Notes: generated from the sequence alone by a model not told the origin. A stretch of 64,000 bases of DNA from Pyrinomonadaceae bacterium (GCA_051002375.1 JBPCMK010000103.1:1756-65755); one strand, 5' to 3'. Counted from the stretch's first letter, positions 18,489-27,258 are shown. Translations and numbers: made by a program.

Positions 18489-20078
18489 ATGAGCGATTCT
18501 TCGACAGACAATTCCGATTTCTCGCCGAATCCTTACATCACCGTTTTTATTCTTTCCATCGCTACTTTTATGGAGGTTTTGGACACGACGATTGCCAACG
18601 TCGCGCTGCCGAAAATCGCCTCCGGTTTGTCAATTACCATCAACGAAGCGTCTTGGATAACCGGCTCGTATCTGGTTGCCAACGCCGCGATTGTTCCCAT
18701 CAGCGCGTGGGTTGCGACGTATTTCGGGCGACGACGATATTATATGGTCTGCGTTTTTTGCTTTACGCTCGCTTCCCTGTTTTGCGCTCTTTCTCCGAAC
18801 ATCGAAACGCTCGTTTTTTTTCGCATTTTGCAGGGCTTGTCCGGCGGCGGACTTGCCGCGAGCGAGCAGGCGATTCTCGCCGACACCACGCCGCCGGACA
18901 AGCTCGGTCGTATTTTTTCGATTTACGCATTCGCGGTAATGGTAGGTCCGATTAGTGGTCCGGTTCTCGGCGGTTTTATCACCGACACTTTAAGCTGGCA
19001 TTGGGTTTTTCTCATCAATGTTCCAATCGGCATTGTCTCGCTGCTTTTAACAAGTGCTTTCGTTAAAGAATCCGACAAAGCCCGCGAGCGCACCGAAGCG
19101 TTTCGGCGCGAAGGCAAAACGATTGATTGGGTCGGCATAATTCTGTTTATTTCCGGCATCGCTTGTCTCGAATTATTTTTCGATTTCGGTCCGAAAGAAG
19201 GCTGGCTTGAATCGGATTTCGTTCTTCTGCTCGGTGTCGCCGCCGTGTTGTCGCTGCTGATCGGAATAACTTGGGAATACTATCAAGATCAGCCGGCGGT
19301 TGATATTACGCTGTTTAAATATCGCAACTTCGCGGGCGCGGCACTGCTTGTTTTCACGCTTTCGCTGATGTCCACCGGCTCGGTCTTTTTGTTTCCGTTT
19401 ATGGCGCAGACATTGTTCGGTTACAGCGCGACGAATTCAGGTTTAATATTTCTGCCCGGCACTTTGATAATGATGGTGATGGTGCAAATCGTCGGCTGGC
19501 TGATTGATAAATACGACGTGCGCTACATCATCGCCTTCGGCTTGTTCGCCCTGTCTTACGCGCAGTGGAATTTGTCGTCGCTGACCTTGCAGGCTGATTA
19601 CACGACTCTGGTTTGGGCGCGGGTTTATCAATCGTTCGGTTTGTCGTTTCTCGCCGCCTCGATCAACACGGCGGCTTATACGGATATGCCGTCGGATAAA
19701 GTCAACGGCATCTCGGCGTTTATGAATCTGGCGCGAAATACGGGTTCGAGTTTCGGGGTCGCTATCGCTTCGACTTTGATTATCACTCAAACGCAGGTTC
19801 ACGTAAATAATCTGTCTTACCACACATCGAATTTCAATCCGAATTACGTCGGAACGATAAAGAATTTGCTTTTCTTGTTTCAGCAGCAAGGCTACACCGC
19901 CGTTCAATCATTGGGAATAGCGCGTGGAGTGATGTGGAATACACTCACCCGCCAAGCCTCGATGCTGGCATTTATAGATGCCTTTCAGCTTTACGCTGTT
20001 TTGCTGGCTCTTATGTTTCCGCTGGTTTTTCTGCTCAAACGAAAAAAGAAAAAGCCCGCCGAACAATCTGAAAAATAA
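18489..20078 (+). CDS. MFS transporter, DHA2 (EmrB/QacA) family
   Basis: 529 aa with about 14 hydrophobic segments. LDTTIANVALPKI and GRRRYYM motifs. 4-nt gap to the HlyD gene. Confidence 0.88.
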   Translation: MSDSSTDNSDFSPNPYITVFILSIATFMEVLDTTIANVALPKIASGLSITINEASWITGSYLVANAAIVPISAWVATYFGRRRYYMVCVFCFTLASLFCALSPNIETLVFFRILQGLSGGGLAASEQAILADTTPPDKLGRIFSIYAFAVMVGPISGPVLGGFITDTLSWHWVFLINVPIGIVSLLLTSAFVKESDKARERTEAFRREGKTIDWVGIILFISGIACLELFFDFGPKEGWLESDFVLLLGVAAVLSLLIGITWEYYQDQPAVDITLFKYRNFAGAALLVFTLSLMSTGSVFLFPFMAQTLFGYSATNSGLIFLPGTLIMMVMVQIVGWLIDKYDVRYIIAFGLFALSYAQWNLSSLTLQADYTTLVWARVYQSFGLSFLAASINTAAYTDMPSDKVNGISAFMNLARNTGSSFGVAIASTLIITQTQVHVNNLSYHTSNFNPNYVGTIKNLLFLFQQQGYTAVQSLGIARGVMWNTLTRQASMLAFIDAFQLYAVLLALMFPLVFLLKRKKKKPAEQSEK

Positions 20079-20114
20079 TAGAAAGCGGCGAGCCGATAAA
20101 TTCTCTCAAAAACT

Positions 20115-20657
20115 CTATTCGTCTTTTTTCAACAATTTCGTCGTGCCTTCGGTAACGCTGCGCGGATGTAAGAGATCGCCCGTGTCTGCCGCCTTCCACG
20201 AAGCGGCGGGCGGAACGTAGCTTTGCGCGGGCGAAGTTTGCTGCGGCGGCAAATGTTTATCGGAAGTTTCCCGAAAACTTTTCATCTCCGATGGCGGCAA
20301 TTCATACATCGGAGCGAAGGGTTGATTCGGTTCGTTTTTTAACAAAACCAGCGAAGCAATCAGCCACATCAGCCCGCCGAAAATGCCGACAACCGCCGAA
20401 GCTCCGGCAAGTTTATCAATATCCAAAATGCCGAAAAACGGACACATAATCAAAACGAAAAACATAAACCAGAAAACGCTGAACACGATTCCGTTTCGTT
20501 TGGTCAGCCAATTTTTCGATTTATAAAGTTCGGCAAGCTGCGGCAGAAAACCGCCGTGCGCCAAAATCTCCGAGACGAGTCCGAGCGGAAAGCCGCAGCG
20601 CGAACAAAATTTTGTTTCTTCCGAAACTTGCTGCTGACTGCAGCGCGGGCAATACAT
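20115..20657 (-). CDS. zinc-ribbon membrane protein
   Basis: MYCPRCSQQQVSEETKFCSRCGFPL (CxxC...CxxC) followed by two hydrophobic helices. Confidence 0.7.
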   Translation of the reverse strand: MYCPRCSQQQVSEETKFCSRCGFPLGLVSEILAHGGFLPQLAELYKSKNWLTKRNGIVFSVFWFMFFVLIMCPFFGILDIDKLAGASAVVGIFGGLMWLIASLVLLKNEPNQPFAPMYELPPSEMKSFRETSDKHLPPQQTSPAQSYVPPAASWKAADTGDLLHPRSVTEGTTKLLKKDE

Positions 20658-20744
20658 ATTCTTCTTCTCCTGAATTTTCTACAAACTGCGCTTAAATCTC
20701 TTTGGAGCTACGAATTTTATTTCCAAAATGTTCAAAACGCAAAA

Positions 20745-21221
20745 TTAAAGCGGCGGCAATTTTTCGTCCGAGAACATTTGAAAAATCGCAAACGCGCGTC
20801 CTTGAAAATGTTCGGCGCGGGAAACGGTTTCGAGCAGAATCTCGAAAATCGTTTTCAGTTTTTCCGGCGCGGGCATTTCGCGTTGTAAATCTTCGTCCGA
20901 ATTAAAAAGCGCAAAACCTCTGCGGCGCGTTTCTTCGACTTCCGCTAGATAATTTGCCATCAAATCGGCGGTCGAAAGTTCTTCGGGCAGAGTCCATTCA
21001 AACGGGTCGTCCCAAAGTCTGGTCGTAATTCCGCCGAAGGTTTGTTCGACCGCGCCCGCACTTCGCAAGATAAATTCGCCGCACGAGAACATCGTAAAAG
21101 TTCGGTTTAACTCGCGCGGTTTCCAGAATAGTTTTCCGTCGGGTATCAGTTTCAATAATTCGAGCGAACGCCTTTGAAGCGAGGAAAATTGTCGGTCGAA
21201 AGAATTTATCAGCCGTTTCAT
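20745..21221 (-). CDS. hypothetical protein (possible DinB-like helical bundle)
   Basis: 158-aa ORF with normal composition and no overlap with other genes. The family assignment is a weak impression only. Confidence 0.55.
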   Translation of the reverse strand: MKRLINSFDRQFSSLQRRSLELLKLIPDGKLFWKPRELNRTFTMFSCGEFILRSAGAVEQTFGGITTRLWDDPFEWTLPEELSTADLMANYLAEVEETRRRGFALFNSDEDLQREMPAPEKLKTIFEILLETVSRAEHFQGRAFAIFQMFSDEKLPPL

Positions 21222-21292
21222 AAAATAAAAAAGCGAGCGTCAAGATTTTAACTTGCCCGCCCGCCGCTTGTCATTCAGATTGATGTTTTTAT

Positions 21293-21664
21293 TTATTTTC
21301 CCTGAAACTTTCTGCCTTCCTCGATAATGCCCAAACCGTAATTCTTGCCGCTGAAATTTACGCCGTTTTGAACTCTGCCTTTTACGCCGACGCGCGTTCC
21401 TTTTGACGGAACGCTGTTTTGCGTAACGACCCAAATCGAGCCTGTGCCGTCGTCCACTTTATACACGCCGCCGCGAATCTGCGTCAAAGGAACATTCAAC
21501 CCGTAACTATCGCGCACCGTTCCGACGATCCCGACTTCTTTGTCGTAAAACTTCGACGGATTTGCCTCGATGCTGCCGATGCTTTCGCGTTGCGGACACG
21601 CCGCCGCGAGCAAACCAATCGTTAAAACCAAACCGAGCGTAATCGCTCTCGTTATTTTTTTCAT
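21293..21664 (-). CDS. small lipoprotein, OB-fold-like
   Basis: ATG at 21664 preceded by GGAGAA. MKKITRAITLGLVLTIGLLAAAC gives a lipobox. The beta-rich remainder (VYKVDDGTGSIWVV...GTRVGVKGRV) resembles BOF-type OB folds. Confidence 0.7.
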   Translation of the reverse strand: MKKITRAITLGLVLTIGLLAAACPQRESIGSIEANPSKFYDKEVGIVGTVRDSYGLNVPLTQIRGGVYKVDDGTGSIWVVTQNSVPSKGTRVGVKGRVQNGVNFSGKNYGLGIIEEGRKFQGK

Positions 21665-21809
21665 CCTTTTCTCCTTTTCGTTTTTAGAATTTCGGGAGAG
21701 CCGTTCGTTCAAATTTACAGATTCGATTCGCGGCTCAAAGTTTGCCATAATTTTTATTTTCTGCGATGCTTTTAGCGTCGAATCTCAAAGGCATTTCCCG
21801 AAATCGAAA

Positions 21810-22931
21810 ATGACGACGGCAATTCAAACAAAGGCGAAGGAAAAATTTGCGTTTTCGTCGAGTATCGCGGCTGACGTTTGGCATCCGAAGCAAAGTTCGA
21901 AGGCATTCGAATGGTGGTATTTCGACGCTTTATCCGAAGACGGACGCGACGCGGTGGTGATAATTTTTCTCGATAATTTTATCTTCTCGCCGCGTTACAA
22001 TTCGCCGAACCGTCCGCACAGCCGACTCGCGGAAAAACTCCGCCGCAAAAAAAATTTCGATTGCGGCAGATGTTATCCCGCGCTTGCCTTTACTTATTAC
22101 CGCGACGGCAAGCCGCGCTATCGCGCCATCAGCGAATTCGCGCCCGAAGAATTTTCAGCCGGACAAGACACGCCTTCGTGTCAAATCGGCAGCAATTCGT
22201 TTCGCTTCGAGTCCGCGCCGTATGGTTCGGGTTACACGCTTTCGATTGACGCACGGCTGCGCCGCAACCGAATTCTCAAAGCAAATTTTGAATGGCTTTC
22301 AATCGAGAGCGATTTTACGCCCGGCGATAAATTTGACGCGGGCGACGCGCACAGTTGGAATCTGGTCGTTTCAAGGGCTGACGTTACGGGCAGAATCAGC
22401 GTCTTCGACGATAAAGACAACAATCTCGACATCGTGCATTTTCGCGGCACGGGTTATCACGACCATAATTTCGATAACCGTTGGCTGCCCGAAATCGTTT
22501 CCGATTGGCAATGGGGACGCGCTCATTACGCCGACGCGACCGCCGTTTTTTATCGCTACAAGGAACGCGGCGAAGCGGACACGACGACGAAATTATTTAC
22601 GGTGCGCGACGGCGTTCTGACAAACAGCGATGCGAGTTACGAAGAACAAATTTTCGCCCGCGATAAGTTCGGAGTAAAATATCCGCAGCGCATTACGCTG
22701 ACCGACGCGGACGATAATCGTCTGCGCGTCAAACAAATGAAAATTATTGATTCGAGCTTTTTCTATCTGCGTTTTTTGAGCGAGATGACATTGACTTTGC
22801 GCGACGGCAAGCCGGGAAAAACAATCGGAATCACCGAATTCTTAAACCCGAAGGCTCTGAAATATCGCTGGCTCGACTGGCTGACGAATATGCGAATCGG
22901 TCGGCGCGGCAAAGGCTCGTTTCTTCCGTAA
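21810..22931 (+). CDS. CrtC-family (carotenoid 1,2-hydratase-like) protein
   Basis: FEWWYFDALSEDGRDAVVIIFLDNFIFSPRY closely resembles the conserved CrtC N-terminal block (WWY.DA.SDDG...FSP.Y). Start set at MTTAIQTK (ATG 21810). Confidence 0.7.
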   Translation: MTTAIQTKAKEKFAFSSSIAADVWHPKQSSKAFEWWYFDALSEDGRDAVVIIFLDNFIFSPRYNSPNRPHSRLAEKLRRKKNFDCGRCYPALAFTYYRDGKPRYRAISEFAPEEFSAGQDTPSCQIGSNSFRFESAPYGSGYTLSIDARLRRNRILKANFEWLSIESDFTPGDKFDAGDAHSWNLVVSRADVTGRISVFDDKDNNLDIVHFRGTGYHDHNFDNRWLPEIVSDWQWGRAHYADATAVFYRYKERGEADTTTKLFTVRDGVLTNSDASYEEQIFARDKFGVKYPQRITLTDADDNRLRVKQMKIIDSSFFYLRFLSEMTLTLRDGKPGKTIGITEFLNPKALKYRWLDWLTNMRIGRRGKGSFLP

Positions 22932-22963
22932 TTCGTCGGAACACAAAGCGAAAGCAACATAAC

Positions 22964-23083
22964 GCCGTCATCTTGACGGCTGTCGCGGCGAGCATCTTGC
23001 TTGCCGTTTTTCATCTGGATTAGTTCGACAATTTATTTTACCTTATCAAGCGGCGGGCAAGATGTTCGCCGGACAGCCGTCAA
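22964..23083. repeat. long imperfect inverted repeat (REP-like) between convergent genes
   Basis: 22973-23006 ttgacggctgtcgcggcgagcatcttgcttgccg versus the reverse complement of 23051-23083 (1 indel, 3 mismatches). Also a local hairpin gccgtca-tct-tgacggc at 22964-22980. Confidence 0.8.
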
Positions 23084-23110
23084 CTTTTGAGACAGTCTCT
23101 AAAACTACTT

Positions 23111-23431
23111 TTATTTATTCGTCAGCTTGACCGCCGTTCCGTAGGCTAAAACTTCGGTCGAACCTTGCGTAAATTCGGTCGCGTCATAGCGCATACAGAT
23201 AATCGCGTCCGCGCCGATTTCCTGCGCGTGCTGCACCATTCGATTAAAGGCTTCCTGTCGCGCCGCTTCACAGACGCGGGCGAATTCTTCGATGTTGCCG
23301 CCGCCGAGCGATTTCAGCCCGCCGATAAAACCCGCGCCGATGCCCGTCGCCCGCACGACGATGCCGCGCACCACGCCCAAGTATTGCGTGATATTTCCCA
23401 TCTCGACATTATTTCCCGTTGTAATTATCAT
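23111..23431 (-). CDS. ybjQ: YbjQ/UPF0145 family protein
   Basis: 106 aa. LGVVRGIVVRATGIGAGFIGGLKSLGGGNIEEF...AFNRMVQHAQEIGADAIICMRYD is the YbjQ signature. Confidence 0.88.
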   Translation of the reverse strand: MIITTGNNVEMGNITQYLGVVRGIVVRATGIGAGFIGGLKSLGGGNIEEFARVCEAARQEAFNRMVQHAQEIGADAIICMRYDATEFTQGSTEVLAYGTAVKLTNK

Positions 23432-23655
23432 TTTTTATTTCTCCTATTTTCATCTTTAACGCTAAAGTAAAGTTTATTGTTTCGCCTTCGGAATTATGAA
23501 AGATTGCTGACTTTTTTTACGCTTTATTTTATTTGCTTCGAGCGGCAAAAGACGTATTTTTCAGATGAATTCGTCCAAAATAATAACCGCAAAACCGGGC
23601 GTTGACAACTCGATTTTGCGGTTAAAAGCAAAAACTTTATTCGTCTGAAACGACT

Positions 23656-24018
23656 TTATCCGACCGGATGATTATTTTTCTTGCGCGTCAAACCGGATTT
23701 GCGGTCTGATTTGCGAACGTAGCCCATCGCTTCGTAAATCGCGGAATCGTCGCCGTATTCGGGATCGGCGAGAACGCCATTGACGATAAACTGAACGTCT
23801 TTCATCGTTGTTACATCTTCGCTTTCACGCGATGCCTGCTGCTGCTTTTTTTCGTCTTCCAACTGGTCGAGCCGCGTGCGCGGGGCAAGGCTTTTATTAA
23901 CTTGATCTTCAAACTGCTGAAGCGTAAAACCGCCGAACGTCTTGGTCGGCGCGAGCGTTTTCCACGCATTGAGAATCATTGACATTTTATCTTCATTTTC
24001 TTTAGGACTGTTTGGCAT
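23656..24018 (-). CDS. hypothetical protein (120 aa)
   Basis: ATG 24018 preceded by GGAGGCGAC. The longer 212-aa track ORF reads through tandem repeats upstream and was trimmed. No motif recognised. Confidence 0.55.
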   Translation of the reverse strand: MPNSPKENEDKMSMILNAWKTLAPTKTFGGFTLQQFEDQVNKSLAPRTRLDQLEDEKKQQQASRESEDVTTMKDVQFIVNGVLADPEYGDDSAIYEAMGYVRKSDRKSGLTRKKNNHPVG

Positions 24019-24226
24019 AATGTCGCCTCCTTTAATCTGCGAGAAGGTGTTGAATTTGGAAGGTTGAGCCTTAACGGTAATGCAAAGGCGAAAACACGCT
24101 CCGTTTGCGAGTGCAGTAAGTTTTCTCGCAGTGAATCGCTCGCTTTTCGGAGGTGTCAATGCCGAACATTCTGCGCTTGAATGATAATCTTTGTCAACAG
24201 TTTTTTTGATTTGCCGTCGCATTTCA

Positions 24227-24396
24227 CGATACGCTGCTTGCGTATCGCGCATCCGAAGCAAAGTTTTGCAATACGCCGCTTGCGTATCGCTCACCCGAAG
24301 CGAAGTTTTGCGATACGCAAGGCAGAATATGCGATACGCAAGTCAAGTATCGCCCACCGGAAGCGAAGTTTTACGATACGCAAGACGGAATTTGTG
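24227..24396. repeat. 42-bp tandem repeat array, each unit carrying a CGATACGC-N5-GCGTATCG-type palindrome
   Basis: Units at 24227-24268, 24269-24310 and 24332-24373, plus truncated copies at 24311-24331 and 24374-24396. See findings. Confidence 0.9.
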
Positions 24397-24433
24397 ATTT
24401 TTCTCAATAAAATCACAAATTTGCTTGTTTCGA

Positions 24434-25006
24434 TTATTCTTTCGGCATTTGATTGACGATTTTCATAGTTTTAACGCTGACCGTCGTTACTCTTTTCAGC
24501 AGATCAATAACCTGTTCTTTATAATCGGCGAATTTGTAAGTATTAAATTTTTCCCGAATCGTCGCGTCCTGCGGCGTTTTTTCTTTATATTGGTCTAAAA
24601 TCCATTCGATTGCGCTTCGATTACCCAATTTATATTCCCAAGCCGCCGCCGGAACGCCCGTCAAAGTCGTGATCGAATCTATGATAATTGTGCCGGTTTC
24701 CTTATCGGCGCGAAGTTTGGTCTGCGGTTTGGCTTCAAATGCGGGGTTTTCTTTACCGTCAAACAAAGCCGTTTGTTTCGGCTTTCTTTTCAAATCGTTT
24801 CGCTTGAGCGCAAACGGTTTTTGCGTTTCATAATTAATATGCAAATCCATCAATTCCGCACCCCAATTTGCCCATTGGGAAAAATCCGCATAAAACGGCA
24901 GGCGCGGAAACTCGCGTTTCAAATTCTGCTCATACTTCACCCGATAAACAGGCGAATGAAGCGCGGCGTAAACGTAATAAAAATAATTTGAGTATATTTT
25001 TCTAGT
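24434..25006 (-). pseudogene. C-terminal remnant of a type IIG / type ISP-like restriction-modification enzyme
   Basis: Frame is open from 25006 with no credible start (the track ORF begins at internal GTG 24940). YFYYVYAALHSPVYRVKYEQNLKREFPRLPF and WEYKLGNRSAIEWILDQYKEK match my memory of the conserved C-terminal domain of these MTase-REase fusions. Only about 190 codons are present. Confidence 0.7.
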
Positions 25007-25409
25007 TCATTATTTCATCAAAAATAATTTCCAAGTTTTCCTCTGAAACTTCTAACATTTCACCGTGTTTTATCTTTAAAGAATCTAAAACGGAAGCGAA
25101 CTTTTGAAAACCGTTCTCGCTTCGCAATTCGATCCAATCAACATTTAAACTGTTTAATTGCCTCTTATTCATATCGGAAAGTTTATCGGCAACAAAAACG
25201 CGGTTGTCTCTGGCGATGACGGCATCAGCACTTTCGGGATTACCTTTGCCCATTAGTTTAACCTCGCGTTTATATTGATTGTTTCCTTCGATAAAATAAA
25301 AATCTATCTCGCGTTCAAAGGTTGTTTCATCAACTTCGACGTTTTTGCCTTTAAGTTTAACTGAATAATTTTCATCGGCGACCTGATACAGCTTACACAG
25401 CGTCAACAT
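25002..25409 (-). CDS. hypothetical protein with PD-(D/E)xK-like motif
   Basis: 135 aa. EIDFYFIEGNNQYKREVKLMGKGNPE gives D-x12-E-x-K. AT-rich. Last gene of the three-gene module. Confidence 0.6.
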   Translation of the reverse strand: MLTLCKLYQVADENYSVKLKGKNVEVDETTFEREIDFYFIEGNNQYKREVKLMGKGNPESADAVIARDNRVFVADKLSDMNKRQLNSLNVDWIELRSENGFQKFASVLDSLKIKHGEMLEVSEENLEIIFDEIMN

Positions 25410-25454
25410 CAGAGGTTTTTCAACTTTTTTGCCTGCGGTTGACCATAATCCACC

Positions 25455-25667
25455 TTATTCTTGAGATTCGGTAATTATTAAATCTTCAAGGTTTTCAGCA
25501 TATTCGTTTAGATTAACAGTTTCGCCGTTATAAAAACTGTCATCTTCAAAATCAACTGCCACCCAACGCCATTGCTCTACATTGTTTATCGTGCATTTAA
25601 CAGGTTGCAAGAACACGCCCGTTGCGAAAATTTTATCAGTATCTGAAAGATTGATTTGCTTATTCAT
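25455..25667 (-). CDS. small acidic hypothetical protein (70 aa)
   Basis: Its start overlaps the stop of the upstream gene (ATGA at 25664-25667). C-terminal half is strongly acidic (DFEDDSFYNGETVNLNEYAENLEDLIITESQE). Confidence 0.55.
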   Translation of the reverse strand: MNKQINLSDTDKIFATGVFLQPVKCTINNVEQWRWVAVDFEDDSFYNGETVNLNEYAENLEDLIITESQE

Positions 25668-26629
25668 TGATTTGCTAAAAACCTCACTTGCATTTGACTG
25701 AAATGTTTAACCGATTGGAAAAACTCATCGAGTTCATCGTAATTCTTAAAGACAAATTCATTTTTGATTTTAGCAAACGGACTTTTAGCGACTTCTCTTT
25801 GAAATTTGCCTTTATTAATTTCTTCGGAAATGATGAACATCTTAATTCTTAACTTATGAACTTGGTAAAGCCGCAGTAAACCTTTTGTGATGTCGGTTGT
25901 GTGTTCAACCTCAAAGGCGTGTGTCGGATAACCTTCTTCATCGAACCAGATGACATCAACAAATTTTACAGTGTTTAAGCTCAAGCCCGGAATCGCGCCT
26001 TCGGGGATTTCTTTTTCCGTGCATAAATCTCCTAAAACTCCGAAGATTGTTTGTTTGTTCTTGTCCGGTGCAGGAACGAATGTTCGATAATTCAAGTAAC
26101 TGCCAACCAAAACCAATTTTGCCTGCAAATCATAATGTGAAAGTTTGACATCATCCTGAATCTCGATGTTAATAATTTTTGATATGTCCTTTAAACGACT
26201 TAAATCTCGCTTGTGATTCGGGAAAAGTATTTCAGTAACTTTATTACAGTAAAGTTCGGGTATTTCTTCCAAATACAAACCGTCTTCCGTCAAAACACAA
26301 TGAAACTGAAAACTACCTTTTTGCGTGGATAATAACTTATCTTTATGTTGAAGAAAGGCAGCGAGCGAACCGACGCAAACATCCATTTTGGTTTTATACT
26401 TCTTGACGACAACAAATGCGCCTTCCTGATTATGCGATGCTAAAGTCTGCATAATATTAGCGTTGATACCGTGCCAATCTTCCGCGCCGCCCGAGATAAG
26501 ATAAAACATTCCATTCGTGTCGCGGTAAAGTTTTCGTGAAGGCTTTACCTGTTCGAGTTTGATGTTCTGAATTTTCTCAAGTTCATCAATAACAAGTTTT
26601 CTGTCTTGGTCGGTAAATTTAGAAGTCAT
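25664..26629 (-). CDS. hypothetical two-domain protein with restriction-endonuclease-like C-terminal core
   Basis: 321 aa. VKFVDVIWFDEEGYPTHAFEVEHTTDITKGLLRLYQV resembles the D...E-x-E/K nuclease core seen in restriction-endonuclease-like folds. This is inference. Confidence 0.65.
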   Translation of the reverse strand: MTSKFTDQDRKLVIDELEKIQNIKLEQVKPSRKLYRDTNGMFYLISGGAEDWHGINANIMQTLASHNQEGAFVVVKKYKTKMDVCVGSLAAFLQHKDKLLSTQKGSFQFHCVLTEDGLYLEEIPELYCNKVTEILFPNHKRDLSRLKDISKIINIEIQDDVKLSHYDLQAKLVLVGSYLNYRTFVPAPDKNKQTIFGVLGDLCTEKEIPEGAIPGLSLNTVKFVDVIWFDEEGYPTHAFEVEHTTDITKGLLRLYQVHKLRIKMFIISEEINKGKFQREVAKSPFAKIKNEFVFKNYDELDEFFQSVKHFSQMQVRFLANQ

Positions 26630-26642
26630 GCGTTATTTTCCA

Positions 26643-27258
26643 AAAGATTTATTATAGCCACGCCGCTTTAGCGCGTGGTCAACGATGTTCAAATTATCGT
26701 TAGGGCGTTTCAACGTCCTTTTCAAAATGCTTTAGCCATTTTCTTTTTCGACTAATTCGAGGCGTTTATGAATTTTCCCCGATTTATGATGTTCTTTTTG
26801 ATTCTGCACATATTTAACAACCCATTTCAAATCTTTAGTGCCAAAACTAACGATTCCATAGCCGTTTTGCCATTCTAATAATTTATGATTTGAGTTGTGA
26901 TTGATGAAATACGCGCTCGCGCCTTTTAATTGTCCAATCCATTCGGCAGGCTGAATGTTTGGTGGAACGGAAACGGCAAGGTGAATGTGGTTTTCGATAC
27001 CGCCGATGGCGTGAACGAAAATTTCGGACGTTTCCAACATCTTCTTTCGTAGAAAACCATAGAGTTTCGGTTCTATTTCCGCTTTGATTAACGGCAAATT
27101 ATTCTTCGTATGCCAAGTGATATGAAAATTAATTTCGGAATATGCTCGACGCGACATAAATTTGAGTTTATCGATTTTTGAAAGGGCGTTGAAACGCCCT
27201 CAATGAATTTGTTTTATCTTTAACCACGCGCTGAAGCGGCGTGGCTAATAAATTTTCG
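26643..27258. mobile_element. IS200/IS605-type or RAYT element: Y1 transposase flanked by nested inverted hairpins
   Basis: Outer: 26657-26680 gccacgccgctttagcgcgtggtc versus 27222-27246 aaccacgcgctgaagcggcgtggct (inverted, 2 mismatches over 24 nt). Inner: 26702-26719 agggcgtttcaacgtcct versus 27183-27200 agggcgttgaaacgccct. The flanking aaaagatttatt / aataaatttt are also inverted. Confidence 0.8.
26732..27157 (-). CDS. tnpA: IS200/IS605-family Y1 (HUH) transposase / REP-associated tyrosine transposase
   Basis: 141 aa. HUH motif ENHIHLAVS and the catalytic Tyr block KYVQNQKEHH. No tnpB partner. Confidence 0.88.
   Translation of the reverse strand: MSRRAYSEINFHITWHTKNNLPLIKAEIEPKLYGFLRKKMLETSEIFVHAIGGIENHIHLAVSVPPNIQPAEWIGQLKGASAYFINHNSNHKLLEWQNGYGIVSFGTKDLKWVVKYVQNQKEHHKSGKIHKRLELVEKENG

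Noticed and set aside
24227-24396. Possible CRISPR array
   Set aside because: The units are contiguous 42-bp repeats without unique spacers, and no cas genes are present. It is not CRISPR-like.
24019-24456. N-terminal extension of the 23656 ORF (to 24294) and plus-strand ORFs 24181-24456 with repeated peptides
   Set aside because: The repeated peptides (DTQAAY..., LRIAHPK...) are just translations of the 42-bp tandem array. The ATG at 24018 has a strong GGAGG site.
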